Part shown: positions 46,198-56,722 of the stretch, piece after piece
Numbering within the stretch: position 1 is the first letter of the stretch
Layout: the number at the start of each line of letters is the position of its first letter
Assembly: GCA_020848835.1 (NCBI GenBank)
Contig: JADLHJ010000054.1
Location: 97,916 to 161,915 of the forward strand
Length of the DNA stretch: 64,000 nt
Reading direction: 5' to 3'
Source: Candidatus Hydrogenedentota bacterium
GTDB taxonomy: Bacteria > Hydrogenedentota > Hydrogenedentia > Hydrogenedentales > SLHB01
The notes under the pieces: model-generated
What the model saw: only the letters and a program-made list of their open reading frames with translations
Told to the model about the DNA's origin: nothing
The model's database searches: none
Translations under genes and position numbers: made by a program

Positions 46198-48792
46198 ATG
46201 ATCCGTCTGCGAAACAGCTCTCTTGTCTACACCACCGCCGTGGTTCTGCTGGCCGTGGTATCCGGCTGCCCGTGGGCGAGTACGCCGAAGGCCATCAAAT
46301 CGGATAGCGACCATGATCGCGCAACCAAATTCTCCGCGACTGCTTCGACCAACGCCTCTGCTGAACTACCAGCGATAGTATCAGAGGCTCGCATAAAAGT
46401 GCCGACGGCAATCAACGCTCCCTTCCACTCAACCGTCCTCGCTTCAGACAGTACGCAAGAAAAGGGAGCCGCCGGACGAGGCAGGTCGCGTGGCTTAAGC
46501 TCGGGCCCGGACACAACGCCACCAACCGTGGTGATCGGTTCACCCTCTCCTACCAGCACGGCCACAGGGCCGGTCACGTACCTGGTTTCCTATAGCGGAG
46601 CCGACTCCATTACCCTACGAAAAAGGGACGTGACACTGACGACCACCGGAACCGCCGCAGGTAGCATCACGGTATCCGAATCGGGAGCAAAAAGCCGCAC
46701 TATCGCGATATCGAACATCACTGGGAACGGTACCTTGGGGATATCGATTGCCCCCGGTACCGCCGTCGATGCCGCAGGCAACATTGCTACAGCAGCAGGT
46801 CCGAGCACAACAGTCCAAGTCGAGAATCCAGCCCCGACACTAGCCATCGGCGAACCGTCGGACATCCTAACCAACACCGGCCCCGTATCGTTCACTGTTA
46901 CATACACAAACGCCAGCGCGGTATCGCTCGCGGAACAGGACATTACGTTGAGCAGTGACGAAGGCGTAACGGGTTCCGTCACTGTGACCGGCACAGGAAC
47001 GACTGAACGCACCGTTACCGTCGACAACTTGACCGGGATCGGAATGTTTGCCATTTCCGTTGCGGCTGGAACAGCGGGCAATACGGGAGGCGCGACAGCG
47101 CTTGGTGCTGGCCCCAGCGCATCGGTTGATGTGCTTGGCCCGCAACCCACGCTAGAACCTGGCCCTGGCTTCGACGGCCCCACGCCAGAACCTCCGGCCA
47201 TTGGCACCGGCCCAGGCTCGGACGCCAAAGCAATCGCCCGTTGGGACGTCGTCCCCTACCAGACCTTCGACGGCATATTCCAAATCGGCGTAGTGGCGTT
47301 TCACATTAACGGCATCGACCGCGTCGAATTCTCCCTCGAAGGCGGCCCCTGGACCGCCGCCATGCCTGTGATGACACGCAACCCGCTCACCGACGTCGTA
47401 GAGTATTGGGTCAATCTCGACGCCAGTCTGCTACCCGACGGACCCATTGAGATAAGGGCCATCGCCTATCCTACGGTCGGCATTCCAAGGGTCTTGGACG
47501 GACCAATGAACCGCTCCACACTGCGCGGGAACGGCGAATTTTCACTCTGTCTAAACTCAAACGGTAATGGCACTCAAAACGGCCCAATACGTTATGTTTC
47601 AGTGAATGGCGATGATGTTTCAGGAACCGGCTCTCCCCAAGCCCCTTTTCAAACTATCTTTCGCGCAGCGCATTCCATGGTTAGCGGCACTGGTAGTGCA
47701 GATGGGGGCATTGTATACTTGTATCCAGGAGAGTATCTATATGGAACTGAATCTGGACAGATTCGCAATCATAATCGCTGGCTCACGATTATGCCATATC
47801 CGGGTACACCCCAAGGTTCAGCAAAAATAATTGGTTACGGGACACGGCTTGGACTGCGAACAGCATTGGTTCACTTGAAAGATTTAGAGATTCGCCCCTC
47901 GATTCAGGAATTCGAATTACTCGGCTCGGACGATTCTGATGATTATCTTTGGATTGACAGGTGTAGCTTGATCGGCCATAATCGAATGGGGTGGTGGTCC
48001 CAAAGAACCTCTTGGTCTGGACAATTCATGACCGACACCACGGTGAAAGATTTCAGGGATGGAATTGTATATCATGATTTCGCACGCAATTGCAGAGTAC
48101 AAACGATAGCAAGTGACGCATATACGGGCACTCCGGTCGTCATAAACTGCACGGCAGAAGACGTAGATAGGCAGGGCGATACCGATATTCACCCCGACAT
48201 ATACCAAGTCCATATGGATGGAAGCAGCTTAGAAAATGGCGTAGTTTATGGCCTTAGAGCACACAATTTTGTTGCGCAGGGAATCTTCGCGGCGGGCGTG
48301 CCGCTTGTACAAGATACCGCGTTTGTGAATATTATTATAGATTTTGCAGATAACGATCTTACGCCTCTCCTCAGTCAGTGGAACGTTACCAGCGAACATG
48401 TTTTGCTTTGGTATATCACTTTCCACAATCAAGTGTTTTTGTGGCGTCATGACGTGTCGCAAATTAATAACTTCTCTATTAAAGGCTGTGTCTTTGAAAA
48501 ACTTCAAGTCAATGCTGGCGCTACCTTTGACGACAACTGGTTTCAATCAAACCACTACATAGATGCAGCTTCATGGCTGGCAATAACTCCTGGCTATGAT
48601 GCCTCTACGGGTTACCCAGATTATATGAACGTCCAGCAGCACGACTTTCGTCCCCGGAAATCATCGCCACTTGCACAAAGGATAGCGGAGCCTAACATTC
48701 TCGTTGACGCAATGGGTGCGACACGATCTCGATTGACATCTGTGGGAGCGCTCGCCGCTGAGGGCGAGTGCAATGACCCGCCTTCCAAATGA
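46198..48792 (+). CDS. lipoprotein with two Ig-like modules and a C-terminal beta-helix-like (pectin-lyase-like) domain
   Basis: Lipobox VVSG-C; Ig modules 46510..47133; RYVSVNGDDVSGTGSPQAPFQTI..A..GGIVYLYPGEY is a typical beta-helix N-terminus; ATG 46198 after GGAG. Confidence 0.75.
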   Translation: MIRLRNSSLVYTTAVVLLAVVSGCPWASTPKAIKSDSDHDRATKFSATASTNASAELPAIVSEARIKVPTAINAPFHSTVLASDSTQEKGAAGRGRSRGLSSGPDTTPPTVVIGSPSPTSTATGPVTYLVSYSGADSITLRKRDVTLTTTGTAAGSITVSESGAKSRTIAISNITGNGTLGISIAPGTAVDAAGNIATAAGPSTTVQVENPAPTLAIGEPSDILTNTGPVSFTVTYTNASAVSLAEQDITLSSDEGVTGSVTVTGTGTTERTVTVDNLTGIGMFAISVAAGTAGNTGGATALGAGPSASVDVLGPQPTLEPGPGFDGPTPEPPAIGTGPGSDAKAIARWDVVPYQTFDGIFQIGVVAFHINGIDRVEFSLEGGPWTAAMPVMTRNPLTDVVEYWVNLDASLLPDGPIEIRAIAYPTVGIPRVLDGPMNRSTLRGNGEFSLCLNSNGNGTQNGPIRYVSVNGDDVSGTGSPQAPFQTIFRAAHSMVSGTGSADGGIVYLYPGEYLYGTESGQIRNHNRWLTIMPYPGTPQGSAKIIGYGTRLGLRTALVHLKDLEIRPSIQEFELLGSDDSDDYLWIDRCSLIGHNRMGWWSQRTSWSGQFMTDTTVKDFRDGIVYHDFARNCRVQTIASDAYTGTPVVINCTAEDVDRQGDTDIHPDIYQVHMDGSSLENGVVYGLRAHNFVAQGIFAAGVPLVQDTAFVNIIIDFADNDLTPLLSQWNVTSEHVLLWYITFHNQVFLWRHDVSQINNFSIKGCVFEKLQVNAGATFDDNWFQSNHYIDAASWLAITPGYDASTGYPDYMNVQQHDFRPRKSSPLAQRIAEPNILVDAMGATRSRLTSVGALAAEGECNDPPSK

Positions 48793-48913
48793 AAAAAGGC
48801 ACGAGTCAACAAGAATTCCCCGAGTGTAGAGCGTTTGCCATCTTTCGGAGCTCACTGCAATTATTTGGAATCATGCTGTCATAGACACAATGTGTATGTG
48901 ATAAAATACAAAT

Positions 48914-49675
48914 ATGTTTCTTACAAATCCCATAAAAATGATGGCGAGACGGCTCGGCCTGCATGTTATTCGAGAGCGTAACATACCATTTGGGGTTGAA
49001 TGGCTCCTTGACGTTCGCTGGTGCTTGGAAAACAAATCCCCTCGCATAGCTTTCGACATTGGCGCAAATACAGGCCAAACTGCTCTCGCAATTGCACGCG
49101 AATTTCCAAATTGCAAAGTCTGGTCCTTTGAACCGGTCCCCTCAACTTACGACATATTGTGCAAAAACATTCGCCGGTTTACTAATATCAAGTCGGTACG
49201 CTGCGGACTGGGATCGTCATCTCGATCGGCAATGATCACTTCATCTCCTTTGGGCCAACGAAATCGGATTCTTAACAATTTCATCAAATCCGCTGATCGA
49301 ACCCTAGAAGTGTCGGAAGTTGAGATTCTTTCCATCGCTGACTTCGTCGCCTCTAACAATATCGACAATATCGATTTGCTAAAGATTGATACAGAAGGCT
49401 ACGAGATCGAAGTCCTAGAAGGTGCGAGCAACTTGCTTAAGGAAAAAAAAATTGGCGTTATCCTAGCTGAATGCGAATTCATAGCTAATCCTGAAGAACC
49501 CCATGGAAATTTCTTTGATCTATACGAATTTATGAGAAGATTTGGCTATACCTTGGTTGCTTTTTATTCTGCCGGAGTTGATCACAATGGGTGGCGTTGG
49601 GGTAATGCACTTTTTTGCGCGTCCCATGCTCAAAAGGTTCGCCGTCTGTGCATGTCGCCACGTGATGTTCAATAA
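48914..49675 (+). CDS. FkbM-family methyltransferase
   Basis: FDIGANTG, FEPVP, LLKIDTEGYE. Confidence 0.92.
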   Translation: MFLTNPIKMMARRLGLHVIRERNIPFGVEWLLDVRWCLENKSPRIAFDIGANTGQTALAIAREFPNCKVWSFEPVPSTYDILCKNIRRFTNIKSVRCGLGSSSRSAMITSSPLGQRNRILNNFIKSADRTLEVSEVEILSIADFVASNNIDNIDLLKIDTEGYEIEVLEGASNLLKEKKIGVILAECEFIANPEEPHGNFFDLYEFMRRFGYTLVAFYSAGVDHNGWRWGNALFCASHAQKVRRLCMSPRDVQ

Positions 49676-49875
49676 TTCAGAATTTCTGAGGGGCGTGCGT
49701 GCGCAATGCAGCTTCCAGCATAAAGCCGTTAAGTATATTTTACTCGCATACCTTACAGATAAGACAGTCGATGGCTGATTATTTATAGAATGGATATCCA
49801 CTCCTTTAGTGTGCATTAAAACAATTGGCCACATTATTCCATGCCACTCAGTGCAAGCAAACGATTAAACCCAAG

Positions 49876-51396
49876 ATGGCATCAATCATCAAAAACAATC
49901 CAAGCAACGACCTCAAGGGTGATTCGATCCGAGGAGGGTTCTACACTTTTGTATCTCAAGGAACTAAGTTTCTTGTAAATATTGCATCCACAATGATTCT
50001 AGCACGTCTACTCTTGCCAAGTGACTTTGGGCTCATAGCCATGGTCACGTCTTTTACCGGCTTCTTCGCGCTCTTAACTGACGCTAGCTTATCAATTGCC
50101 ACCATCCAACGCCCAGATATCACTCATAGTCAAATTTCCGCTTTGTTCTGGATAAACGTTCTGTTATCGATCATCCTGACGATTGCCATGTGCGCATTAG
50201 GCCCATTGATCGCATGGCTTTACGGACAAACTCAACTCGTTGGAATTACCGTCGCACTAAGCTTCACGTTTATAATGACAGGGCTAACAATTCAACATCA
50301 AGCTCTATTGCAGCGCAATATGCGCTTCAAGATACTTGCAGGTATCGACATTATTTCCCTCATATGCGGCAACGCTTTTGCAATCGTACTTGCGCAATAT
50401 GATTGTGGGTACTGGTCTTTATTGGGGGGAACTTTCGTAACTACAATAGTCAATTGCTCGCTGGCATGGGCTTACTCTGGCTGGCGCCCTGGCCCCCCTA
50501 ATTTTCAAGAAAGCATCCGTCCAATGTTGTGTTTTGGCGGGACGTTGACCGGGTTCAACATCTTGACATATCTTGTTCGCAATTCGGACAATGTAATCAT
50601 AGGATACACCAATGGAGATTTGGCTCTGGGTATCTATTCCAAAGCTTACAATTTGCTAATGATGCCTGTTCGTCAGTTCGCGACCCCAGTTGGTAATGTC
50701 CTACTACCGACCCTCAGTGCATTACAGAACGATCCCGTGAGGTTTCAAAACGTATATCTAAAGGCAATCGGAATGTTAGCGCTTGTTGGAATGTCACTCG
50801 TTGCATACTTGTTTGTAGTTGCGAATGAGGCGGTGTTAATTGTTCTAGGCCCAAATTGGATGTCGGCCGCAGACGTATTTAGGTGGTTGGCACCTGCTGC
50901 CTGGATTGGTGTATTGAATGTAGCCCCGATGTGCCTGTGCAATTCGCTTGGAAAAGCCAAAATTCCGCTTGTTTGGGCTGCGGTAGCGACCCCGCTACAA
51001 ATCATAGCCATGCTATTAGGTTCTCTTTGGGGCGCAACAGGAGTCGCGGCCGCGCTCAGTATCACAACTTGCCCTTTAATCTTAATATTTATAGCAATTG
51101 CATGCATCGGAAGTCCTGTGTCATTTAAGCAAGTTGTTGCATGGCTAGCACCAATCTGTATAGCGTCTTCTGGCTCTTCGTGCCTAGTGTTGATACTTAT
51201 TTGGTTTTCGGGCTTATCCAATGCAACAATACTCGTTCGAATCTTTCTTTACTCCGCTGCCTATTGGTTGCTCTATTTTCTTATATTATCGGCCTTTCGC
51301 CAGGGCCGCGTGCAAATTCATTCTTTTATTCACGACGGAGTACTTACCTTGCTATATAAAAAGAACGGTTTCGCTGCGTCAAGGCGCACACTATAA
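49876..51396 (+). CDS. wzx: Wzx flippase (WzxC-like)
   Basis: LARLLLPSDFGLIAM, D.VIIG..LG.YSKAY; about 12-14 TM; track start 49825. Confidence 0.9.
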   Translation: MASIIKNNPSNDLKGDSIRGGFYTFVSQGTKFLVNIASTMILARLLLPSDFGLIAMVTSFTGFFALLTDASLSIATIQRPDITHSQISALFWINVLLSIILTIAMCALGPLIAWLYGQTQLVGITVALSFTFIMTGLTIQHQALLQRNMRFKILAGIDIISLICGNAFAIVLAQYDCGYWSLLGGTFVTTIVNCSLAWAYSGWRPGPPNFQESIRPMLCFGGTLTGFNILTYLVRNSDNVIIGYTNGDLALGIYSKAYNLLMMPVRQFATPVGNVLLPTLSALQNDPVRFQNVYLKAIGMLALVGMSLVAYLFVVANEAVLIVLGPNWMSAADVFRWLAPAAWIGVLNVAPMCLCNSLGKAKIPLVWAAVATPLQIIAMLLGSLWGATGVAAALSITTCPLILIFIAIACIGSPVSFKQVVAWLAPICIASSGSSCLVLILIWFSGLSNATILVRIFLYSAAYWLLYFLILSAFRQGRVQIHSFIHDGVLTLLYKKNGFAASRRTL

Positions 51397-51411
51397 CACT
51401 GCTGATATTAT

Positions 51412-52356
51412 ATGCCATTGGTATCTATAGTAATATGCGTTTACAATGCGGGAGATTTTTTTGCCGCAGCGCTTCATAGTGCTCTCGCTCAAACATACGA
51501 GAATATCGAGATAATTATTATCGACGACGGCAGCACGGACAGTGCGCTCGAAGCGCTCGCGCACGTATCCGATAGAAGAATAAGATTTCTAAGTCAGCAG
51601 AACGCGGGAAAACCTGTGGCCTTAAATCGGGCTTTGGGCCTTCTGAAGGGGGACTTCTATTGTGTTCTGGACGCAGATGACGAAATGCATCCAGAGCGTG
51701 TTTTAAAGCAAGCCCATACTCTTCAAGAGAATCGAGATCTCGCCGCAGTGTTTAGTGGTCACCACCTTATTATGGGTAGCAAGCGTATTGCCCCAAGGGC
51801 GCGGCATGTAGATCGCACGCAATGCCGGAATCTGATTAACCAATTTGCAATGCCTGCCCATGATCCTACCGCGATGTTTCGCATTGAGATGGTGAAGAAC
51901 ATCCAATATGAGCCGTCGCTCCGCATTGGCCATGGTGTGGACTATGTGATCCGCGTAGGCGAGCAGTTTCCAATGCTCGTCTTAGGAGAATGTCTATACG
52001 GATACAGGATCCACATGAGCTCGCTAACAAAACAAGATCCTTACGCGAGGATCGCTGAAGTTGAGACAATTATTAAACGGGCGTGCAACCGCCGGGGCCT
52101 TTCCGTTGAAGATTATGTTTTTAAACACAGATCCTCATTAAAAAGAATCGGAAAGAATGCCTTGCGCGACAATAACCTCGCTGCGGATTTCATTGAAAGC
52201 ACCCTCGATCAAATACGGATGAATCATCGATGGGGTGCCATGAAGACCGGAGCATATTGTGCGATGCTACACCCTCTAGACATACACTATTATAAACCAC
52301 TAATATACTCCATCTTACCCGACAACTTTGTGTCCTATATAAGAAACTCGAATTGA
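51412..52356 (+). CDS. GT2 glycosyltransferase
   Basis: VSIVICVYN, IDDGSTD, LDADD. Confidence 0.93.
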   Translation: MPLVSIVICVYNAGDFFAAALHSALAQTYENIEIIIIDDGSTDSALEALAHVSDRRIRFLSQQNAGKPVALNRALGLLKGDFYCVLDADDEMHPERVLKQAHTLQENRDLAAVFSGHHLIMGSKRIAPRARHVDRTQCRNLINQFAMPAHDPTAMFRIEMVKNIQYEPSLRIGHGVDYVIRVGEQFPMLVLGECLYGYRIHMSSLTKQDPYARIAEVETIIKRACNRRGLSVEDYVFKHRSSLKRIGKNALRDNNLAADFIESTLDQIRMNHRWGAMKTGAYCAMLHPLDIHYYKPLIYSILPDNFVSYIRNSN

Positions 52357-52501
52357 ACAATCGAACAACAAGACTGCCGCATGTCCGTAAGCGCGATCGA
52401 TAGATTGCTTTGTCGCCCCATCCGGTAAAATGAAGGAGATATATCCGCGGCACAATATACAATACATATGCTGAGGGGTCTGTCGGAAGGATTCCTTCTG
52501 C

Positions 52502-53140
52502 GTGCGGGACCGCATACCAAAACAAGGACTTAGTGACTTGCCTGTCAATCTTCGAGCGAAGGTATATAATTACATGCGCAGAGCTTACTGGCGTTACTTG
52601 CGAGCCGTAGGCCATGAGGAGCTTTCCTGGAACCTCCAATTCCAGAGCGGACGATGGGGTGCCGAAGTTCGCAGTCGGGAAATAACTGAAAGGGTTCAAT
52701 TACTCTGCAACGGCGGAAGGCTCGTTGAATTTGGTTGCGGTTTTGGAGATCTGCCGCGCAGCCTTCCCACAGGAACATTCTCTAGTTATCTTGGAATTGA
52801 TATATCGTCCTATGCGATAAGTGTGGCTCAAGAAAAAATAAAGGCTCAAAATCTACATCACTGTACCTTCCAAGCTATGGATATGGCGCGCTGGCAAGGG
52901 GACAAGGATATAACTCTAATCGTCATTGAAGAGTGTCTTATGTATCTCAAGGGGCAAGAGCTTGTTGAATTCCTTCACCGATGCTGTGAAAGCTTGGCTA
53001 AGGAAGGTTCAATCTTGGTAACCGTATTTTCGGCAAAGAAACACTATGATACTATTGAGGCATGTCGACATACCTGCCAAGTCCAAAAAGAAGAACTAGT
53101 CGGAACTCGGACTTTTCTAGTCTTGAAAAGACCAGCTTAG
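52502..53140 (+). CDS. class I SAM-dependent methyltransferase (copy 1)
   Basis: LVEFGCGFG, LGIDIS, EECLMYL. Confidence 0.85.
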   Translation: MRDRIPKQGLSDLPVNLRAKVYNYMRRAYWRYLRAVGHEELSWNLQFQSGRWGAEVRSREITERVQLLCNGGRLVEFGCGFGDLPRSLPTGTFSSYLGIDISSYAISVAQEKIKAQNLHHCTFQAMDMARWQGDKDITLIVIEECLMYLKGQELVEFLHRCCESLAKEGSILVTVFSAKKHYDTIEACRHTCQVQKEELVGTRTFLVLKRPA

Positions 53141-53176
53141 GGATCGCTTTGCAATGACAAATGTGAGTGTAGCAAT

Positions 53177-53782
53177 ATGAGAGCTGCCATCCATCGACGT
53201 TTACTTTGGCGAATCCAGAGGGTGCTGGGTAACGCGAGGCTGGCTTGGAATGAGCAGTTTCGCTTGGGGGTGTGGGACCGCACTGATTGCTGTGAAGAAG
53301 TTGTGCGCAAAGTGGCGGGCCTAGCCAAAGGCGGAAAAATAGTCGAGTTTGGATGCGGCCCAGGTATGTTGCCCCGACGGTTACCGGCAGGTGCCTTTAC
53401 TTCATACACTGGTATAGACATCGCGGACTACGCTATTGACGAGGCCAAGCGCCTTTGCGCCGAGGCGGGCCTCGAAAACTGTAGTTTTCTACATGGGGAT
53501 ATGGCCTCGTGGGCCGGGGGGCGAGATATTGACGTTATTGTGCTGGAGGAATGTTTATACTACCTTCGAGGCAAACAACTCCTCAGATTTTGTGAGATTT
53601 GCCGCGACAGCCTGGCAGTCCCTCATGGGGTCGCACTTGTTATTGTGCACTCCCATCATAAACACCGCAGTACGATACGAACTTGTCGTAAAGTATTTCC
53701 AAAGTCAGTCCATGAATTTTATGGTTCCAGGACCTTTCTCACTCTTCATCGCTGTGCCTCGGACGACCCTTCGTTAATCTAA
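53177..53782 (+). CDS. class I SAM-dependent methyltransferase (copy 2)
   Basis: IVEFGCGPG, TGIDIA, EECLYYL. Confidence 0.85.
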   Translation: MRAAIHRRLLWRIQRVLGNARLAWNEQFRLGVWDRTDCCEEVVRKVAGLAKGGKIVEFGCGPGMLPRRLPAGAFTSYTGIDIADYAIDEAKRLCAEAGLENCSFLHGDMASWAGGRDIDVIVLEECLYYLRGKQLLRFCEICRDSLAVPHGVALVIVHSHHKHRSTIRTCRKVFPKSVHEFYGSRTFLTLHRCASDDPSLI

Positions 53783-53797
53783 GCATGACTGACAGAG

Positions 53798-55204
53798 ATG
53801 GAAGACGCACACTTTGCAGTTGAAGGCGCTGGAACAACCGTAGTTCATCCAGTGGGTCTTATCATGCTCTTGCTCTGTGGCGGGCTATTTATTCTCCTGC
53901 CCCGCCGGCAGGCGATCTGGCCATTCATACTACTACTCTGTGTGATTTCTCCTAGGCAGGCAGTCGCGATCGGCGGCTTTAATCTGTATTTTGCGCGTTT
54001 TGTTGTGTTGCTACTCGGTCCTTTGAGGGGGCTGCTCCGCGGAGAACTTAATGGCTCACGGTGGAATCGGCTTGACTTACTCGTTGTTCTTTTCGGGCTT
54101 TGGTCATTTTTCGCTGGTGCGCTGAATTTCGATTTTAGCGCAGCGGTCATGAAGCAGCGGTCAGGCTACTTTTCTGAGATGTTAGGGACATACTTCTTGT
54201 GCCGAATGCTCCTACGCGATATTGATGATGTTAAGTCTGCTGTCTCTGCACTATCTTTGATATCACTACCCATATTAATGTTCTTTTTAGTTGAATACTC
54301 AACCGGCAGAAATATGTTCTCAGCATTCGGTGGAGTGCCAGAGATTACGACAACCCGAGAAGGCCGTATGCGCTGCCAAGGCGCCTTTGGCCATCCGATA
54401 ATGGCTGGTGTATTTTGGGCAACTATGCTGCCGCTAATACTAGCGGGCGTTGTTGGCCGATGGCGCGGACACTACTGGTACATCATAGGCAGTGTAGCCG
54501 GTATAGGAGCTATTCTCCTGACCGCCTCTAGCACCCCATTGCTCGGCATTGCTGTTTTCATCGTCGCCTGGTGTCTATTTCCGGTGCGACGATATGCAAA
54601 GTACTGGTTTATGGCACTTGGATTGCTTATTCTACTTCTTCACCTAATAATGAAATCGCCTGTATGGTCGCTGATACAGAGGATTGACGTAACGCCAGGA
54701 AACTCTGCCTATCATCGATACATTATTGTTGATGCGTTCATGACACATGCACATGAGTGGTGGCTAATGGGGTCACGCGTTGGCACGGAGCATTGGGGTC
54801 ATTTTACGTTCGATACCGCAAACCAGTTTGTGTCGACTGGAGTATCATCTGGCATTCTTGGACTGTGCCTCCTCTTCATGATAATTAGTGTAGCCATGAG
54901 AGCGTCCGGTCGCATGCAGATTGAGTGCCCAGAACTCGGGTGGGGCACTGGCGTATCAATCTTCGTTTTGTCGGTATGTTTCTTCGGTATATCAATTTGG
55001 GCGCAAATGCATTTCGCATGGGCGTTCCCTATCGCAATCGCAGGAAGTCTTGGGTTTAAATCAGTCGAGCCCGTAGACGACGAAGAACAAATAGTTGGTA
55101 CCGTTGGTGTGAATGTGCCTTGGCGCCAAAAGATCGGGCAACTGAATCGGTCCCCCGGTCAGAAGCGCAATCTTGTTCCGAACGATAGTCAAGAGTATAA
55201 CTGA
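53798..55204 (+). CDS. Wzy/O-antigen-ligase-like membrane protein
   Basis: About 11 TM; [18 protein letters not shown]; located in a Wzx-dependent cluster. Confidence 0.8.
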   Translation: MEDAHFAVEGAGTTVVHPVGLIMLLLCGGLFILLPRRQAIWPFILLLCVISPRQAVAIGGFNLYFARFVVLLLGPLRGLLRGELNGSRWNRLDLLVVLFGLWSFFAGALNFDFSAAVMKQRSGYFSEMLGTYFLCRMLLRDIDDVKSAVSALSLISLPILMFFLVEYSTGRNMFSAFGGVPEITTTREGRMRCQGAFGHPIMAGVFWATMLPLILAGVVGRWRGHYWYIIGSVAGIGAILLTASSTPLLGIAVFIVAWCLFPVRRYAKYWFMALGLLILLLHLIMKSPVWSLIQRIDVTPGNSAYHRYIIVDAFMTHAHEWWLMGSRVGTEHWGHFTFDTANQFVSTGVSSGILGLCLLFMIISVAMRASGRMQIECPELGWGTGVSIFVLSVCFFGISIWAQMHFAWAFPIAIAGSLGFKSVEPVDDEEQIVGTVGVNVPWRQKIGQLNRSPGQKRNLVPNDSQEYN

Positions 55205-55206
55205 GT

Positions 55207-55665
55207 ATGCCTAGTTTAAATAGAATTCGTTGGCTTTGGGATATTTTAAATCGATCGCAATTGTTCATCTACAACCGGTTTTGGGGCATGGATATCCATC
55301 CCAGCGCGCTTGTGTCACTTAAAGCCAAGCTTGATCGAACTCACCCGGCGGGCGTGCATATTGGTGCCGAGAGTATGATTACACTTGGGGTTACCATATT
55401 GGCGCATGATATGTCGCGTACGCTTCGAACTCATACACGGATAGGCGCGCGATGCTTCGTGGGCGCCAATGCGATAATCATGCCTGGCGTAAGTGTGGGT
55501 GATGGAAGTATTGTGGCGGCGGGAGCCGTCGTAACGAAAGACGTACCGCCGGCAAGCATCGTGGCGGGCAACCCGGCTAAAGTGATTCGTGCGGGGATTA
55601 CTGTCCGGGAATTCGGCATACTATCCCCTCGCCCTCAGATTGATTCAAACCTGTTGCCAAAGTGA
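55207..55665 (+). CDS. hexapeptide-repeat (LbH) acyltransferase
   Basis: [41 protein letters not shown]. Confidence 0.92.
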   Translation: MPSLNRIRWLWDILNRSQLFIYNRFWGMDIHPSALVSLKAKLDRTHPAGVHIGAESMITLGVTILAHDMSRTLRTHTRIGARCFVGANAIIMPGVSVGDGSIVAAGAVVTKDVPPASIVAGNPAKVIRAGITVREFGILSPRPQIDSNLLPK

Positions 55666-55708
55666 ATCATGAATCTCACCACGTTTCACGGGAACGGAAG
55701 GCGACAAG

Positions 55709-56638
55709 TTGCGCGTGACACATCTATCAATCGTCGTAATCAGTTACAATACCCGAGACATGACGATCCCCTGCATTGTTTCAGCGCTATCGGAAGCGGT
55801 GCAATACGGTATCCAATTAATCGTGTTGGACAATGCATCGACCGATGGGTCAGCTACTGAAATACGTAATCGCTTCCCAGATCTTTTGTTTATCGAGAGC
55901 CCCACAAACATCGGTTTTGCAGCGGCGAACAATCTTGCGGCGAAAAGCGCGACCGGTGAGTATTTGCTGCTCCTAAATCCAGATACAGTTGTCCGTGATC
56001 ATGCCATCGACAAACTTGTGGCGTTCGCAGATAAACACGCAGACTTCGGCATCTTCGGCGGACGAACTGTCTTCGGTGACGGATCCCTTAATCCAAAGTC
56101 ATGTTGGCGAGAACCGTCATTGTGGGGCCTTTTTTGCCGCGCCATTTACTTGGATAACCTCTTTCCCAACTCCGGTTTCTTCAACCGAGACAGTTACGGC
56201 GGTTGGAAGCGCGACTCCGTTCGCGAGGTCGACATCGTCAGTGGGTGTTTCCTGTTAATCCGGCGCGAGGTGTGGGAACAATTGGGTGGATTTGCGCCGG
56301 ACTTTTTCATGTACGCGGAGGATTTCGACCTATGTATGCGCGCGCGTAGGCAAGGGATACGCGCGCTGATTTGTCCCGATGCGCAGATCGTCCATTACGG
56401 TGGTGCTTCAGAGCCAGTTCTCCAAGGGAAAATGATACGGCTACTCGAAACAAAGGCGAAACTATGTCGCAAGCATTGGTCCCCTCTCCGGGCGTGGTTT
56501 GCGGAGCGGCTACTCGATTTGTGGGTCATCATTCGCATGATTGGATATGGGACCCTTTCCTTGGTTCGGATATCTGCGCGAGACAAGTATGATTGCTGGC
56601 GAGGGGTTTGGCGTGAGCGAAGCAGATGGCATTTCTAG
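55709..56638 (+). CDS. GT2 glycosyltransferase
   Basis: SIVVISYN, DNASTDGS, LLNPDT, FFMYAEDFD. Confidence 0.93.
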   Translation: MRVTHLSIVVISYNTRDMTIPCIVSALSEAVQYGIQLIVLDNASTDGSATEIRNRFPDLLFIESPTNIGFAAANNLAAKSATGEYLLLLNPDTVVRDHAIDKLVAFADKHADFGIFGGRTVFGDGSLNPKSCWREPSLWGLFCRAIYLDNLFPNSGFFNRDSYGGWKRDSVREVDIVSGCFLLIRREVWEQLGGFAPDFFMYAEDFDLCMRARRQGIRALICPDAQIVHYGGASEPVLQGKMIRLLETKAKLCRKHWSPLRAWFAERLLDLWVIIRMIGYGTLSLVRISARDKYDCWRGVWRERSRWHF

Positions 56639-56722
56639 CGTCGGTCAATGTGACGTGTTGTAAAGGTAACGTGACAAGGACTCGCGCATCCCGGACCGTG
56701 ACGAAATCATGAAGCTCTATCA

